From positions 62,001 through 126,000 of the forward strand of contig MCFH01000012.1 of assembly GCA_002104945.1 (NCBI GenBank): 64,000 bases of DNA, written 5' to 3'. The translations under genes were made by a program, and so were the position numbers. Origin of the DNA: Piromyces finnis finn (taxonomy: Eukaryota; Fungi; Neocallimastigomycota). Each line of letters starts with the position of its first letter. Within the stretch, counting starts at the first letter, position 1. Below, in pieces: positions 15,506 to 27,563 of the stretch. Under the pieces are notes generated by a model, which worked only from the letters and a program-made list of their open reading frames with translations, was not told the origin of the DNA and ran no database searches.

Positions 15506-16526
15506 TTTTATTTCAGTTTATTTATCTATATATGTGTGTAGAGTGACAGCAATTGTTAATGAAAAAAATAAATATGTTTTACAATTATATTTTTTATGTT
15601 TTTTATTATTTTCTTTTTTTGTTTAAAATTTTATATAACTTTTTTTGATTTCCATATTCAAATTTCCTGAAAATTAAAAAATTGCTTAAAATTTCAAGCA
15701 ATTATAAAGTCAAAAAAGAAAAAAATTAATTTTAAATTTCAAGTAAAATCTTTTGAATTTAATATTTTTAATTATCAATGAACACGTGATCTAATTTTTA
15801 ACACTATTTTTAAAAAAAAGACCTCTTAAATTTTTTTTCAACATTATGCTAAAGGAAAAAAAGAGTATCAATAAAATAATAAATAATAAGGATTTTTACA
15901 TTTTATCTTAATTGTGCTATTTTTTTTTATTGTTATTAAATTTTTTTTATTTATAAATAATATGTTATCTATTTTTTTTTAATATTAAATTTACATTTGA
16001 TGAATTAAAAAAAAAAAAAAAATTAAATTATATATGTATAGAGAGGAAGAAATAAGTATTCTTGAAGTTTAGGTATTCTTGTAATTATTATAAATTTCAT
16101 TATAATAATAAACAAAGGTTGAAAATCAAATAAGATTTTAAAATTAAAATAATTATTATACTTAAAACGTAGTTGTAGTTATTATTACTTGAATTATTAT
16201 GATCATATTTTTAAAGAATTTATAAAAATTAAATTTCCTTTCTCTTTTTTATTTATTTTATTTTTTATATTTGTGGGACTTTTTTTTTTTTTGAATAACT
16301 AGATTTCTTTTAATGTTATTACTTTTGAATTCTTTTGGATTAAAGTTGTTTTTTTTTTTTACATTATCAATAAAATGATGTATCATTTAAAATAGCTGAA
16401 TATATTTTGAATTGATTAAATTGAAATAGATTGATAAATTGAAATTTAATAGGTACTCCTTTTCCGTCATATACTCAACTAGCTTTAAAATAAAAAAAAA
16501 TATTAAAAGAGAAATGATGATGCTTC

Positions 16527-17282
16527 TTAATCTTCAGTTAAGTGATTAGCAAGAATAAATTCATCTTCATCTTCTTCGTCAGAAAGATCCAAGTTATCCA
16601 TTTCATCTTCAAATAAGGCCAAATCAACTTCAACATCACCTTCTTCAGCAAAGGCCTTATCAGAATCAAGTAAGGTAGTATCTTGTTCGAATAATTGTCG
16701 ACCAGTTAAAACATTTTTTACCTTTTTGAATTCATTCTTTTTCTTTTGTTTTAATTGATTTTCTTCTTCTAATTCTTTTTGTTCTTGATCGAATCTAGCC
16801 TTCCATTCAAGGAAACTTTCAACAGTAACTTTAGTACCTTCGTGTCTCTTTCTTTCTTCTTCTTCTTCTCTTCTTATTCTTTCCTCTTCTTCTCTTTCTT
16901 TTTGTTCCTTTCTTTCAACAGCTAAATTATCAATTGTTTCTTTTAACTGAGAAGAAAGTGTAAATACCATACCCATACCTATATTTTCTTCAGCAGCTTG
17001 GTCTAATTCTTCAAGTAAAGTACTAACATCGGATTCATCAAGTCCTTCATAATCTTGAATTTCCATTATTGGTTTTTCTTCTGGGTAAGTAGATGGGTAT
17101 TCAATATATAAATAACATTTTATGATATCGTGTGGTTCATCGTCACCAAAATCTTCATATGGATCTTGAGCTTCAATTAAAATTCTAAAAGATGGTGGTT
17201 CATCATTTAATTTTTCAAATTCATCAAAGTATATAGATTCAAGTGCTTCAAGTTCTTGCTGCTGTTCTTCCTTATAATCCAT
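16527..17282 (-). CDS. GIR2: RWD-domain protein GIR2/RWDD1, single exon, 251 aa
   Basis: MDYKEEQQQELEALESIY, YPSTYPEEKP, AEENIGMGMVFTL, EGTKVTVESFLEWKARF and LTGRQLFEQD are RWDD1/Gir2 hallmarks. Confidence 0.93.
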   Translation of the reverse strand: MDYKEEQQQELEALESIYFDEFEKLNDEPPSFRILIEAQDPYEDFGDDEPHDIIKCYLYIEYPSTYPEEKPIMEIQDYEGLDESDVSTLLEELDQAAEENIGMGMVFTLSSQLKETIDNLAVERKEQKEREEEERIRREEEEERKRHEGTKVTVESFLEWKARFDQEQKELEEENQLKQKKKNEFKKVKNVLTGRQLFEQDTTLLDSDKAFAEEGDVEVDLALFEDEMDNLDLSDEEDEDEFILANHLTED

Positions 17283-18321
17283 ACTGTATGATTTAAATTT
17301 TTTATATATATCATTTTTTTCGAATTTTATAAAATAATAAAATACATCACAACAACAATAACAATAATAATTAATAATAATAATAATAATTAATAATACT
17401 GTATTAATAATTTTATTTTAATGTATTAATTAAAAAATTGATATTATTATATATTTGCTTTGAAAATATAATATAATCTTTACAATAAATTGACTTTATA
17501 TTGTTTACAAATTTATATAAAAGGCAGCAAAGGTTTTGCCAACAAATGTATATTTTTATTTATAATAGAGATGAATAATTTTAATCTTTTTTTTTTTCAT
17601 ATATTTTTTTTTTTTTTTTTTGTATATAAAAAGGTGAAATAAGTTTTGAATGTTGAATGATATTCTGTTAAATTTTACATATAATTATTGTCGATACTTT
17701 ATATATCTTTGTTTTCTACTTTTATTATGCATTTAAATTTTATATATTTTTATTCTTCTTTATTGAATATTAATTTAATATTTTAATAGATATAAATATT
17801 AATTTATTCAAATAAATTTTTTATCTTGAATTTTTGGTCTTTTTTTATTTTACAATAACGATATATATAATTGTTAATTTTTTTTTTTTTTTTATAATAT
17901 AACCAATGTTTACCTACTTTATTATTTATTTATATGAATGATGATGATATTAACAATGGGGAAAAAAAAATAAAGGTTAAGATTTTTATATAAGTATTTT
18001 TATTGTAAAAAATATATATATATTATAATATTTTTATTATAAAAATTTCAGGTTTTATAACCAATCAAAAATCATATATTTAATTATACACCAAAAAAAA
18101 AAAAGGTAAAGATGATTAAGTTTAAAGAAGTTTGATATTATTATTATTGGGATTTCAATTAGTAAATATTATACCATCATCCATTTTTTTTTTATAATAC
18201 TATAAAATAAAAGTATGAAGAATAGTTTTGTATTATTTTTTGAGAAAATATAAATAATAAACAATAAACAATAAATATAATAAAATAATTAAATATTAAT
18301 ATATATATTTCTTTTAAAACA

Positions 18322-18368
18322 ATGTCTACAGAAAATAAGGTGTTTAATATATAATTTTCATATATAAC

Positions 18369-18465
<97 letters not shown>

Positions 18466-19417
18466 TTGAAATTAAATATTTTTCATATTATATATATTAT
18501 TATAATACTAATTTTAAATAAATAATAATAATAATCAAAAAAATGTGTAATGTAGAATGAGTCAAGAATATACATTGGAAATTATCCTCCAACTGTCACT
18601 GAATATTCTATAATAAAATTATTTCAAAAGTTTGGGAAAATAAAAAATATTGAATATTTATGGCATAGGTATGGACCAAAAAAAGGAGAACCAAAAGGGT
18701 ATTGCTTTCTAGAATTTGAAGAATCAGAGGTAATTTTCATTAATATACACTTTTTAAAAGTCAATTTATATTAATGCCAAATTTTAAATATCAATGACTT
18801 TTTCAATACATACATACATTATTATATCCTTTCTTTTCTTTCAATTGTTTTATTTTATCAGTCTGCTGTTAAAGCCATAAAGGCTATGAATAAAAAAGAG
18901 TTCATGGGAAGAACATTATATGTTTCTTACATTAATGATGATAAGGTAATAATAAATAAAGTTTCAATTCCAAAACCTATACTATTTATATAGATAATAT
19001 TGGTCTTTTTTTTAAAAAAAAAATTAATAAAATGATTTATAAAAATTTTCAGAAAGATAAAAAGGAAATAAATAATATCAAGGAGAAAACAGTTACAGAA
19101 AAAAAGAATATAAAGTAATTTTATATAGAATATATAATTCATAATTAATAATGGTATTCCACATTCATACTAATAATAATTACTTTTTAAGAACAAGTTC
19201 AAAAATATATATACTAGAGCAAAAGTTAAAAGAATTAACGGGTCAAAAAACAGAAATAACCAAATCAAAACCAACACGTGTTAAAGAAAATACATCTAAA
19301 CCTAAACATAATAAAAAGAATTATAATAACAATAACAATTCTAATAATAAAAGACCATCATCTTTTTCCAATACTGAACAGTACAATAAATTAAAGAAAC
19401 CAAAATTAAAAGAATAA
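18322..19417 (+). CDS. RBM18: Single-RRM RNA-binding protein, RBM18-like, 5 exons
   Basis: MSTENK/NESRIYIGNYPPTVTEYSIIKLFQKFGKIKNIEYLWHRYGPKKGEPKGYCFLEF (RNP2, RNP1 and the RBM18-type loop), followed by SKIYILEQKLKEL. Confidence 0.78.
18369..18465. repeat. (ATT)n microsatellite, about 32 units, in intron 1 of the RBM18-like gene
   Basis: Perfect trinucleotide run seen directly. Confidence 0.97.
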
Positions 19418-19937
19418 TTTGTTTCCTTCTTATTCTACTGTTTTATCTTGTTTTAAATAAAAGATAAATTGTAAATTGTACGTCATTTAAAAATTATTTT
19501 TTTAATTTTGAATAAAAAATTTAGTAAAAAAGAAATAATGTTTAAATATTTATGTATTCAATATTTTTTATTTATTGACATTTTTACAAATATTATAATA
19601 AATATAATATTATTTAAATTAATTTCTTTGTTTTATTATCTAAATTATTAAATTTATATATTAAATTTATATATTATAATATTCTTTTTAATTAATTGTT
19701 AGTTTTTTTTTTTTTCATTTATGTATAAATAAATAAATTAACACTAAAATATTATTGCTTTTTTTTATTATTATTGTATTGTATTTATATATATTATATA
19801 TAGTTGTATGTATAAATATTGTTATTTAATAGCATAGTTGTATGTGTTTTATATGTTAAATTTGAATATAGGTATAATATTATAAATTATTAAACTTTTT
19901 TTTTTTTTAATCTTTATCGGTTTTATTTTGATAGTGT

Positions 19938-20977
19938 TCAATATAAAGATTCTTTTCCTAATTTTTTTCTGTATTCAACTAAAGAACTAATAGTAATTAA
20001 TTTTAAATCGTGTTCATTAGCAAATTTACGTAAATCATTTCTTCTAGCCATAGTACCATCATCATGCATTACTTCAGATATAATAGCAGCTGGGTACTTT
20101 CCAGCAAGAACACTTAAATCTTTTATATTAAATGAATTGAATATATTCATTTTTTTTTACATATTATGTATTATAAATTACAAAACAAAAAGATTATTAA
20201 TAATTTATCATATTTTCTATCCTTCAAATATAAAATAAATTATTTTGTGTAAAAGAAAAATTTTAAACAAATTCCATTGAAATAAATTTCTTTAATATTT
20301 ACCAACTGAAGCTTCAGTATGACCTATTCTTTTTAAAACACCACCCTTTCTTGCAAGTAATGGGAAAAGATGACCTGGTTTATTGAAATCACAAGAAGTA
20401 TATTTTGGATTTGCAATAGCATTGGCAGTAACACTACGATCTTTTCCAGAAATACCAGTTGTGACACCACCGTGAGCAAAATCAGTAGTTATAGTGAATG
20501 CAGTACCCATATTATCACTTCCCTTTTCAACCATTATAGGTAAACCTAATTCCTTTAAACGTTCTTCAGTAGTTGGACAGCATACAACACCACTTTTTAA
20601 TTTATTTATTTATTTATATACCATTAATACTCTTTTTTTTTTTTTTACTTATCTAGATAATAGTTGTATGTATTGTGAATAATATATATTTTACTAAATT
20701 ATAATACCGTACCCACTATAACGAATAATAAAACCCATTTGTTCTGGTGTAACATCTTCAGCAGCAATAATAAAATCACCTTCATTTTCACGGTCTTCAT
20801 TATCTACTACTATAACCATTTTTCCATTTTCTTTTTTTAAAGTCATAAAATATTGTTTTTAATTCATTATATCAACATTTAATATTTTAAATTAATTTTC
20901 TAATGCCTATTCCAATACATACTTATAGCTTCAATAGCATCTTCAATAGAATCAAATACAACTTCGTCTTTACTCAT
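19938..20977 (-). CDS. RIB3: 3,4-dihydroxy-2-butanone-4-phosphate synthase (riboflavin biosynthesis), multi-exon
   Basis: [81 protein letters not shown]. Confidence 0.96.
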
Positions 20978-21818
20978 TTTTTTTATTATTTTATAAACTT
21001 TATATTTTGTGTATTAAAAAAAAAAAAAAAAAAAAATTAAAAATATTTTCGATTTATAATTTTTATCAATCATTTCTTCCACACGTGACCAAATGTTCCA
21101 AAAAATATTTTTGTTTCACAATTGACATATAAAAGAAAAAAATTTTTTTTTTGAAAAGGGAAAACTTTTCCACTTTTTTTTGGAGTCATTATTAATAAAA
21201 TCAAAATTTATTATTAATTAAAGTTTCAAAAAAAAAAAAATAACAATAATTAATAAAAAAGAAAGAAAGGAAGCAAGGAAGGAAGGATTGTAAAAGAAGG
21301 TGGTGGGAGGATTGTAAAAGTAAAATCTTGTTAATGGTGATCAATATTAAATTTCATTATGAATGTACCAAAATGAAAGATACAAAAAAATTTTTAAAAA
21401 AAAAAAAAGAAAAATGAATGATTAATCTTAAAGTCAATTTATTTAATTATTTAAAATAACATTAAAAAAATTTTTTCTTTTCTTTTAATACATACCATAT
21501 GGAACTTATTTATTATTGTTGTTGAATATAGTATATATAATATAAAATATATTCTATATTCCTTTTGTTTTTATTTTCTATAATTTAAAAACTATCTATC
21601 TATACTTTTTACCTTTTTTTTCTATATTATTAATAAATATTCTATTGATATTCTCATTTTTAATATTTCTTTTAATAATTTATAATACAAATTTATTCTA
21701 TCTGTGAATTTCATTACTTTATTAATAACGTATCTATATTTTGTATTAATTAATAATAAATTTTAATGGATAACTTCCACTTTGATATAATATATTATAT
21801 ATATCATAGCATTATGTA

Positions 21819-22091
21819 TAGTAAAAATTGGGTAAATATATACCCATATCAACTTTGTCTATATTCTATAATAATAGTTTTTTTTTTTTTAATAAATTTA
21901 ATGTATGTAAATCAAAATACTTCAGGGAATGCTCCAAGCAGTCAAGTTCTTTCCTTATCCCATTCCGTATTTTAATTTACACTTTTATATATCTATATAA
22001 TTAGTATTGAAAAAAAAAAGTATTTTGATAATACTTTTAGAATACTTGAGAGACAAAGTTGATATGGTATATATTTACCCAATTTTTACTG
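21819..22091. mobile_element. MITE-like element, 273 bp, about 41-bp terminal inverted repeats, probably Tc1/mariner-pogo type
   Basis: AGTAAAAATTGGGTAAATATATACCCATATCAACTTTGTCT (21820-21860) versus AGACAAAGTTGATATGGTATATATTTACCCAATTTTTACT (22051-22090), differing by one indel. The ends read TA|TAGT...ACTG|TT, a decayed TA|CAGT...ACTG|TA. No convincing coding region inside. Confidence 0.75.
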
Positions 22092-22218
22092 TTTAACATT
22101 CATCTATTTCTTAATTTTTTTGATTGATGATTGATTCATATTCTAATATTGTTTTTCTACAATATTTATAAATATAAGTTTTATTAATTTTTTAATATGA
22201 AGTTTAATTACTGTACTT

Positions 22219-22330
22219 TATTATTTATTTTATTCAATATCTTAAATATATTAGCTGGTAGTCCAATTTCATCTATTATTTATTTTATTTAATATCTTAA
22301 ATATATTAGCTGGTAGTCCAATTTCATCTA
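22219..22330. repeat. 55-bp tandem duplication (2 copies, 1 mismatch)
   Basis: GTCCAATTTCATCTA starts at 22261 and at 22316, and the whole unit is duplicated. Confidence 0.9.
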
Positions 22331-23433
22331 ACGATTCAAATAAATTAGAAAAAGAGGTTAGGGATTAGGTGATATATTTAAGATTGATGTAAAACTGAAA
22401 AAGAATTAATAGATAATTTCAAAGTATAAATAAAAAAGGAAATTTTACTATTGAAAACATATACATGCCTGTAGTATTTTAACAGTTGTATATATATTTT
22501 TATATGTAATGCTATTCTTTTAAAGGATTCAGTTATTTACAATTTATCATTATATAATGATAATAAGTCAGTTTCTTTCATATATAAAACTATTAAAAGT
22601 TCATTTAGAATAGTAATTTTTTCAATGTTTTGCTTTATTTTGCCTTGACTTTAAATAGTCTTGGCTGAAAGTGGCCTGTTTCATTTTCATCTTTTTTTCA
22701 TATATTAAATTATATTAAATTAATATATATTCATTGAAGATTAATAATTCAATTTAAATAGTGTTGCAATTTTCAATTTAATTTTAATTAAATATCAATA
22801 TATTATAGTTTATTATTAATATATGATAAATAAAAATCTTTCTATATTAAATTTTTAATCTAAAAAAATTATTTTTAATGTAATTTAATATTTACAATAA
22901 TTAATAAATTTGTATTAAATAATATTAAAATAAATATATTATAATATATTACACTTTTAAAAAACGTGTTTTTTACAAAGAATTAAATAAATGAATAAAT
23001 AAATAACAACTAAATAAATAAAGAACTATTTTCATTGTTAATCTTTTTTTTTTTTTAAAAAAATAGAAAGAAAATATTATCATTTTTTATTATTTTCATA
23101 TGTAAATATGTAAATACTTAATTCTATTAATTATTTACTATTTTTTTTACTATTTATTATTTATTAATTCGTTATTATTTTTAATTTTAATTTTACTCTC
23201 AAAGGTAGCAAATAAATCTTTGTTTTTTTTTAATCATAAAAATTTTAATTTTATTAAAGAAATGGCATAAAAATTTTTTATTCGATGTTTCATCAAAATT
23301 TAATAAAATTTTTAATTTTTTTTTTTGACTATAAAAATAAAGGAAGGAAAAAAAAATTTTGTAAATAAAAAAAAACTTTTTTTTTTCTTTTACTGGAAAT
23401 AATAGGAAATAATCTGAAAAAAAAAAAAAAAAA

Positions 23434-25165
23434 ATGGAAACTTTTAATTACAAGGTAAAAAGAAGAAGAGAAAAAGTTTGTTTTGAAGTAGAAAAAATAA
23501 TAAAATTGAATTATTTTGATAATAATAAAAAATAATAAAATTAATAGTAACAGACGTTATTGAAATAATAATAACAATAAATGATTTAAAAAAAAAAAAA
23601 AAAAATAGAACAACAACAGCAGCAACAAAAATAATATAAAGAAAAGTTGAATTAAAAAAAAAAAAAAAAAGAAAATAAAATGTGTATTATGGAATAAAAA
23701 TATTTAATTAAAGACAATATTTAAAAAATAAATAATTATGCATAAAAAATATGTAAAAATAAATATTAAAAGTAAACAAAAATATAATATATAAATTGAT
23801 AAAAAAAAAAAGTAACTATAATAATATAAAATGATAAAAAAAAAAAAGTAACTATAATAATATAAATTGATAAAAAAAATAAAAATACAATTACTTTTTA
23901 GATATAAATATTTAAATTTTAATTATTATTATTTTTATTTTTATTTTTATATAAACTTTTAAATATTAAAATTTTTTATAATAGGATGACAGATATTCTA
24001 TTCGCCCACAAGCTCCACCAGGTGGTGAAACTCACTTTAATATAAGTGATTCTGGTTATGGCAATAAGAATATTTATCATCCACATAAAAGATTTAACCA
24101 TCCAAATAATGATATTAACCCACCTCCAAACCATGTAAAGAAGGAAGAAACCATTGAAAATACTGCAAATGGTGCAGCTCCTGTTACCGGTAACCGTCCT
24201 TCTATAAAATTAAGAGCTCCACCAGGTGGTTTCTCTAGTCTTGATTATTATAGTGAAAGTAAATATCTTTGGTTGAATAAAAATGATACAATAGTATAAT
24301 AATAATAGTTACTTATTATTATCATTAAATAGTCGCAATATCAATTGTTTAGAAAATAGATGATGTACTTTTATTTAACATTTTATTTCATTTCATTTTA
24401 TTATAAATAGATACTACTAATGCTAATGCAGCTACAAATACAACAAAGACTGAAACTACAATTATTCAAAATTCTGTTGTTTGTGATGAACCACAAACTG
24501 AACAAAAATTAATAAATAAATCGGAAAATAATGCTTCTAAACCAACTCAAAATAGTACTAGTTCAAATTCTAGTTCATTATTTAATGATAATAATGCAAC
24601 CTATCGTCCTGTATATACTCCACAAGCTCCACCAGGTGGTAAGAGTTCTATTTCTTTAGGATACGATAATGATGAAACTGTTCAAATGAAACCAAAACCA
24701 AAACCAAATCCAGAATATAAATCATCCATGTTCTCTTCTTCTACCGAAACTACACCAATTTCCAGTAGACGTAATCAACAAACTAAACAAAATAATCAAA
24801 CTACATTCTCTAGCTCTATCTTTGGCACTGCTGCTGATGATAACCAACCCTACAAGCCATACTATGCTCCACAAGCTCCACCAGGTGGTAAGGATTCAAT
24901 TTCCTTAGGTAATGTTGATAATCAACAACAAACTAAACAAAATAATCAAACTACATTCTCTAGCTCTATCTTTGGCACTGCTACTGATAATAACCAACCC
25001 TACAAACCATACTATGCTCCACAAGCTCCACCAGGTGGTAAGGATTCAATTTCCTTAGGTGGTTATGAAAAAGACAATACCACTACCACTCAAACTAGTT
25101 TTAGTGGTAGAAGAAGAAATTACAACAATGATCATTTTAAGAGTTCTTTTGGTTTTAATTATTAA
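23434..25165 (+). CDS. Low-complexity protein with five APPGG motifs, Jupiter/HN1 / SPIRAL1-like microtubule-associated family, 349 aa, 3 exons (23434-23454, 23985-24258, 24411-25165)
   Basis: RPQAPPGGETHFNI, KLRAPPGGFSSLDY, TPQAPPGGKSSISLG and APQAPPGGKDSISLG x2, plus FSSSIFG x2. Exons sum to 1050 nt in frame. Internal 150-bp tandem duplication (24781 and 24931). Confidence 0.7.
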
Positions 25166-25432
25166 AAAAAAAAATACTCATCCATTCTATAACCAACTAT
25201 TTTAATATATATAGAATATAATCATTTTAATAATAAAAAATTGTAAATTCAATATTGTTTAAACACATTTTACTTTAAAGCACAACTAATGAAACCTTTT
25301 AAAAGGATTAAAAAATTATTTCCTATTATTTTTTTACTATTAAATAATTTTATATACATATATATATATAATGTGAATAATAAAAAAATTTAATAAATAT
25401 TTTACTATAAAAATAAATAATAAAATTTTTGT

Positions 25433-25708
25433 TTGAATATGTGAAACGTATTATACATGCTTTGAAACGTATTTGTTTGTATTATATTGATTTATATGTT
25501 CAAGCCATAATATAAATGTTTTTTAGCTGAATTATTTTTATAAGAAGTAGTTTAAATTATGTTTGAATATGTGAAACGTATGACAAATGCAAGAAGTAGT
25601 TTAAATTATGTTTGAATATATGAAACGTATGACAAATGCATTGAAATGTAATGAAACGTATTTGTTTGAATTATATTGATTTATATATTCAAGCCACAAT
25701 ATAAATGT
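25433..25708. repeat. Composite degenerate direct-repeat block (five GAAACGTA motifs, 49-bp tandem pair, 57-bp dispersed pair)
   Basis: 49-bp units start at 25543 and 25592. 57-bp copies lie at 25463-25519 and 25652-25708 with 3 mismatches. Confidence 0.85.
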
Positions 25709-25948
25709 ATAAATACATAGAGTTTGAATAGAATGTAACAATAGTTTTTTATCCTAAATTATATTAACAAGTTGACATAATTACAAAATCTAAATTAATG
25801 CCTTTTTATTTCTTTAGGAGCAAAAAAAAAAATATATAGTAAAAGTATATTTTTTTTTTGTTAAATATATGCTTTATGTTCTCTAATATTATTATGGAAT
25901 AAATATTTTATATCGAGAGTCAAGTTCTCTTTCGTAGTAAGTATCTGT

Positions 25949-25989
25949 CCTTTAGTAATAATAATAATAATGATTATTATTACTAAAGG
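25949..25989. repeat. Perfect 17-bp inverted repeat with a 7-nt loop
   Basis: CCTTTAGTAATAATAAT and ATTATTATTACTAAAGG; partly built on an AAT microsatellite. Confidence 0.8.
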
Positions 25990-27563
25990 TATATAATTTA
26001 TATTTTATATCATTATTAAAACCTCTCTATGATATATGATTTGAAATATTATATAAAACTCTAATTATTAATAAAAATATTTTATTAATAATTACATAAA
26101 ATAAATTAAAATAGTCATATAATAACGTGACTAAAAATAACTGAGGCTTAAGTAAATTCACAAGATAAAATAAATTTAAGTAATAACATAAATTTATTAA
26201 TTAATTTAAATAATAAAAACATAAAATTATGTAAATAATTTCTTTTATTTATTATTTTTATTTATAATATTTTATATTTTATATTTATATTTTAAATATT
26301 TTTATACTTTTTATACTAGTTATTATATATTTATTAATTAAACAAACAAAATATAGTTTATACTTATTAAAAGATATATAAATGTATTTATTATTTCATG
26401 TAATTAATTCTTTGCTTTTTGTTATTTTACAGCCAATATTCATATTTAATAAAATTTATTTAAAACTTTAATGCATAAAATTTCCACCTAAAAAGGAAAT
26501 AGGTAGAACCGCCTATTATAATATCAAAAAGTTGGAGAATTACATTGAATTATTTTATTATTAATTAGAGTTTAATAAAAAATTATTAAAAAATCTTTAA
26601 AGAATATTCAATTTAAAGGTTAAAATTAGATCAACTATTTTATAATAAAAATATAAAAATTGATATATTTATATATTAATTATAGAATACAAGTACATAT
26701 TTAATGATAAGAATTTTATAATATAAAATATTTATGTTTAGTTAATAATAAGTAGAGTGATTTTATAATTAGTAAAAAAATGTAATAATTAAAAAAGTGA
26801 TATTATTAGAAAGAAGAATTAATTATAATAATAAAACATTTTCACCTAATATTAAATTACTACAACATAAAAGAAACATATATCATTAATTTTTCGAATT
26901 ATCATATAATATATCATCTTACATATATTCTATCTAAAATAAAAAATCCTTTTTTTTTACATTAATGGTTTATAAAAATAAAGAAAATGATTTATTTTAC
27001 TTTATAGTTAAATAACCAAAAGGAAAAATAATTAATTTTTAAAAAGTATAAAGTTTATTTTCATTATGAAATAATATTCTATAATAACTTTTACCTTCTT
27101 TAATATTTATTATAATGAAACAATATTATTTATTAAAAGAATTTTTTACTTTTAAAAATACTTAATTAAAAAATATATATATATATATATTTTTTTTTCT
27201 ATAAAAATTATATTCAAAAAAGTGTAAAATGTGCTTTTTTTTATATTTATTCTTGATTTTAATTTAATTTATGATAAAGTAAAGATTGATAAGAAGGAAC
27301 AAAAATATTTTAATGAATAAATTTACAGTTCATTGTGTTTTCTTGTAATATATATAAAAGGTATTTATTTAATTTAATTATTATTATTATTATTTAAGAT
27401 ATATGTTTTATATTGAAATAATAATTTAACTAAACTATTTCTTTCTAAATTGGTTATAATTATAAAAATATATTCTAATATATACCTATACCTATACCTA
27501 TATATATTTTATTTTTAAAGACTAAAATATGAAAATGAAAAAAATAATACTACTAATAATGCT

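Noticed and set aside
25433-25708. Possible CRISPR-like array
   Set aside because: Repeats are irregular and degenerate, the intervening segments are themselves repeated, the host is a eukaryote, and there are no cas genes.
26470-26910. Short plus-strand peptides (KFPPKKEIGRTAYYNIKKLENY, VILLERRINYNNKTFSPNIK) as possible further element genes
   Set aside because: Too short and broken, with no identifiable motif.
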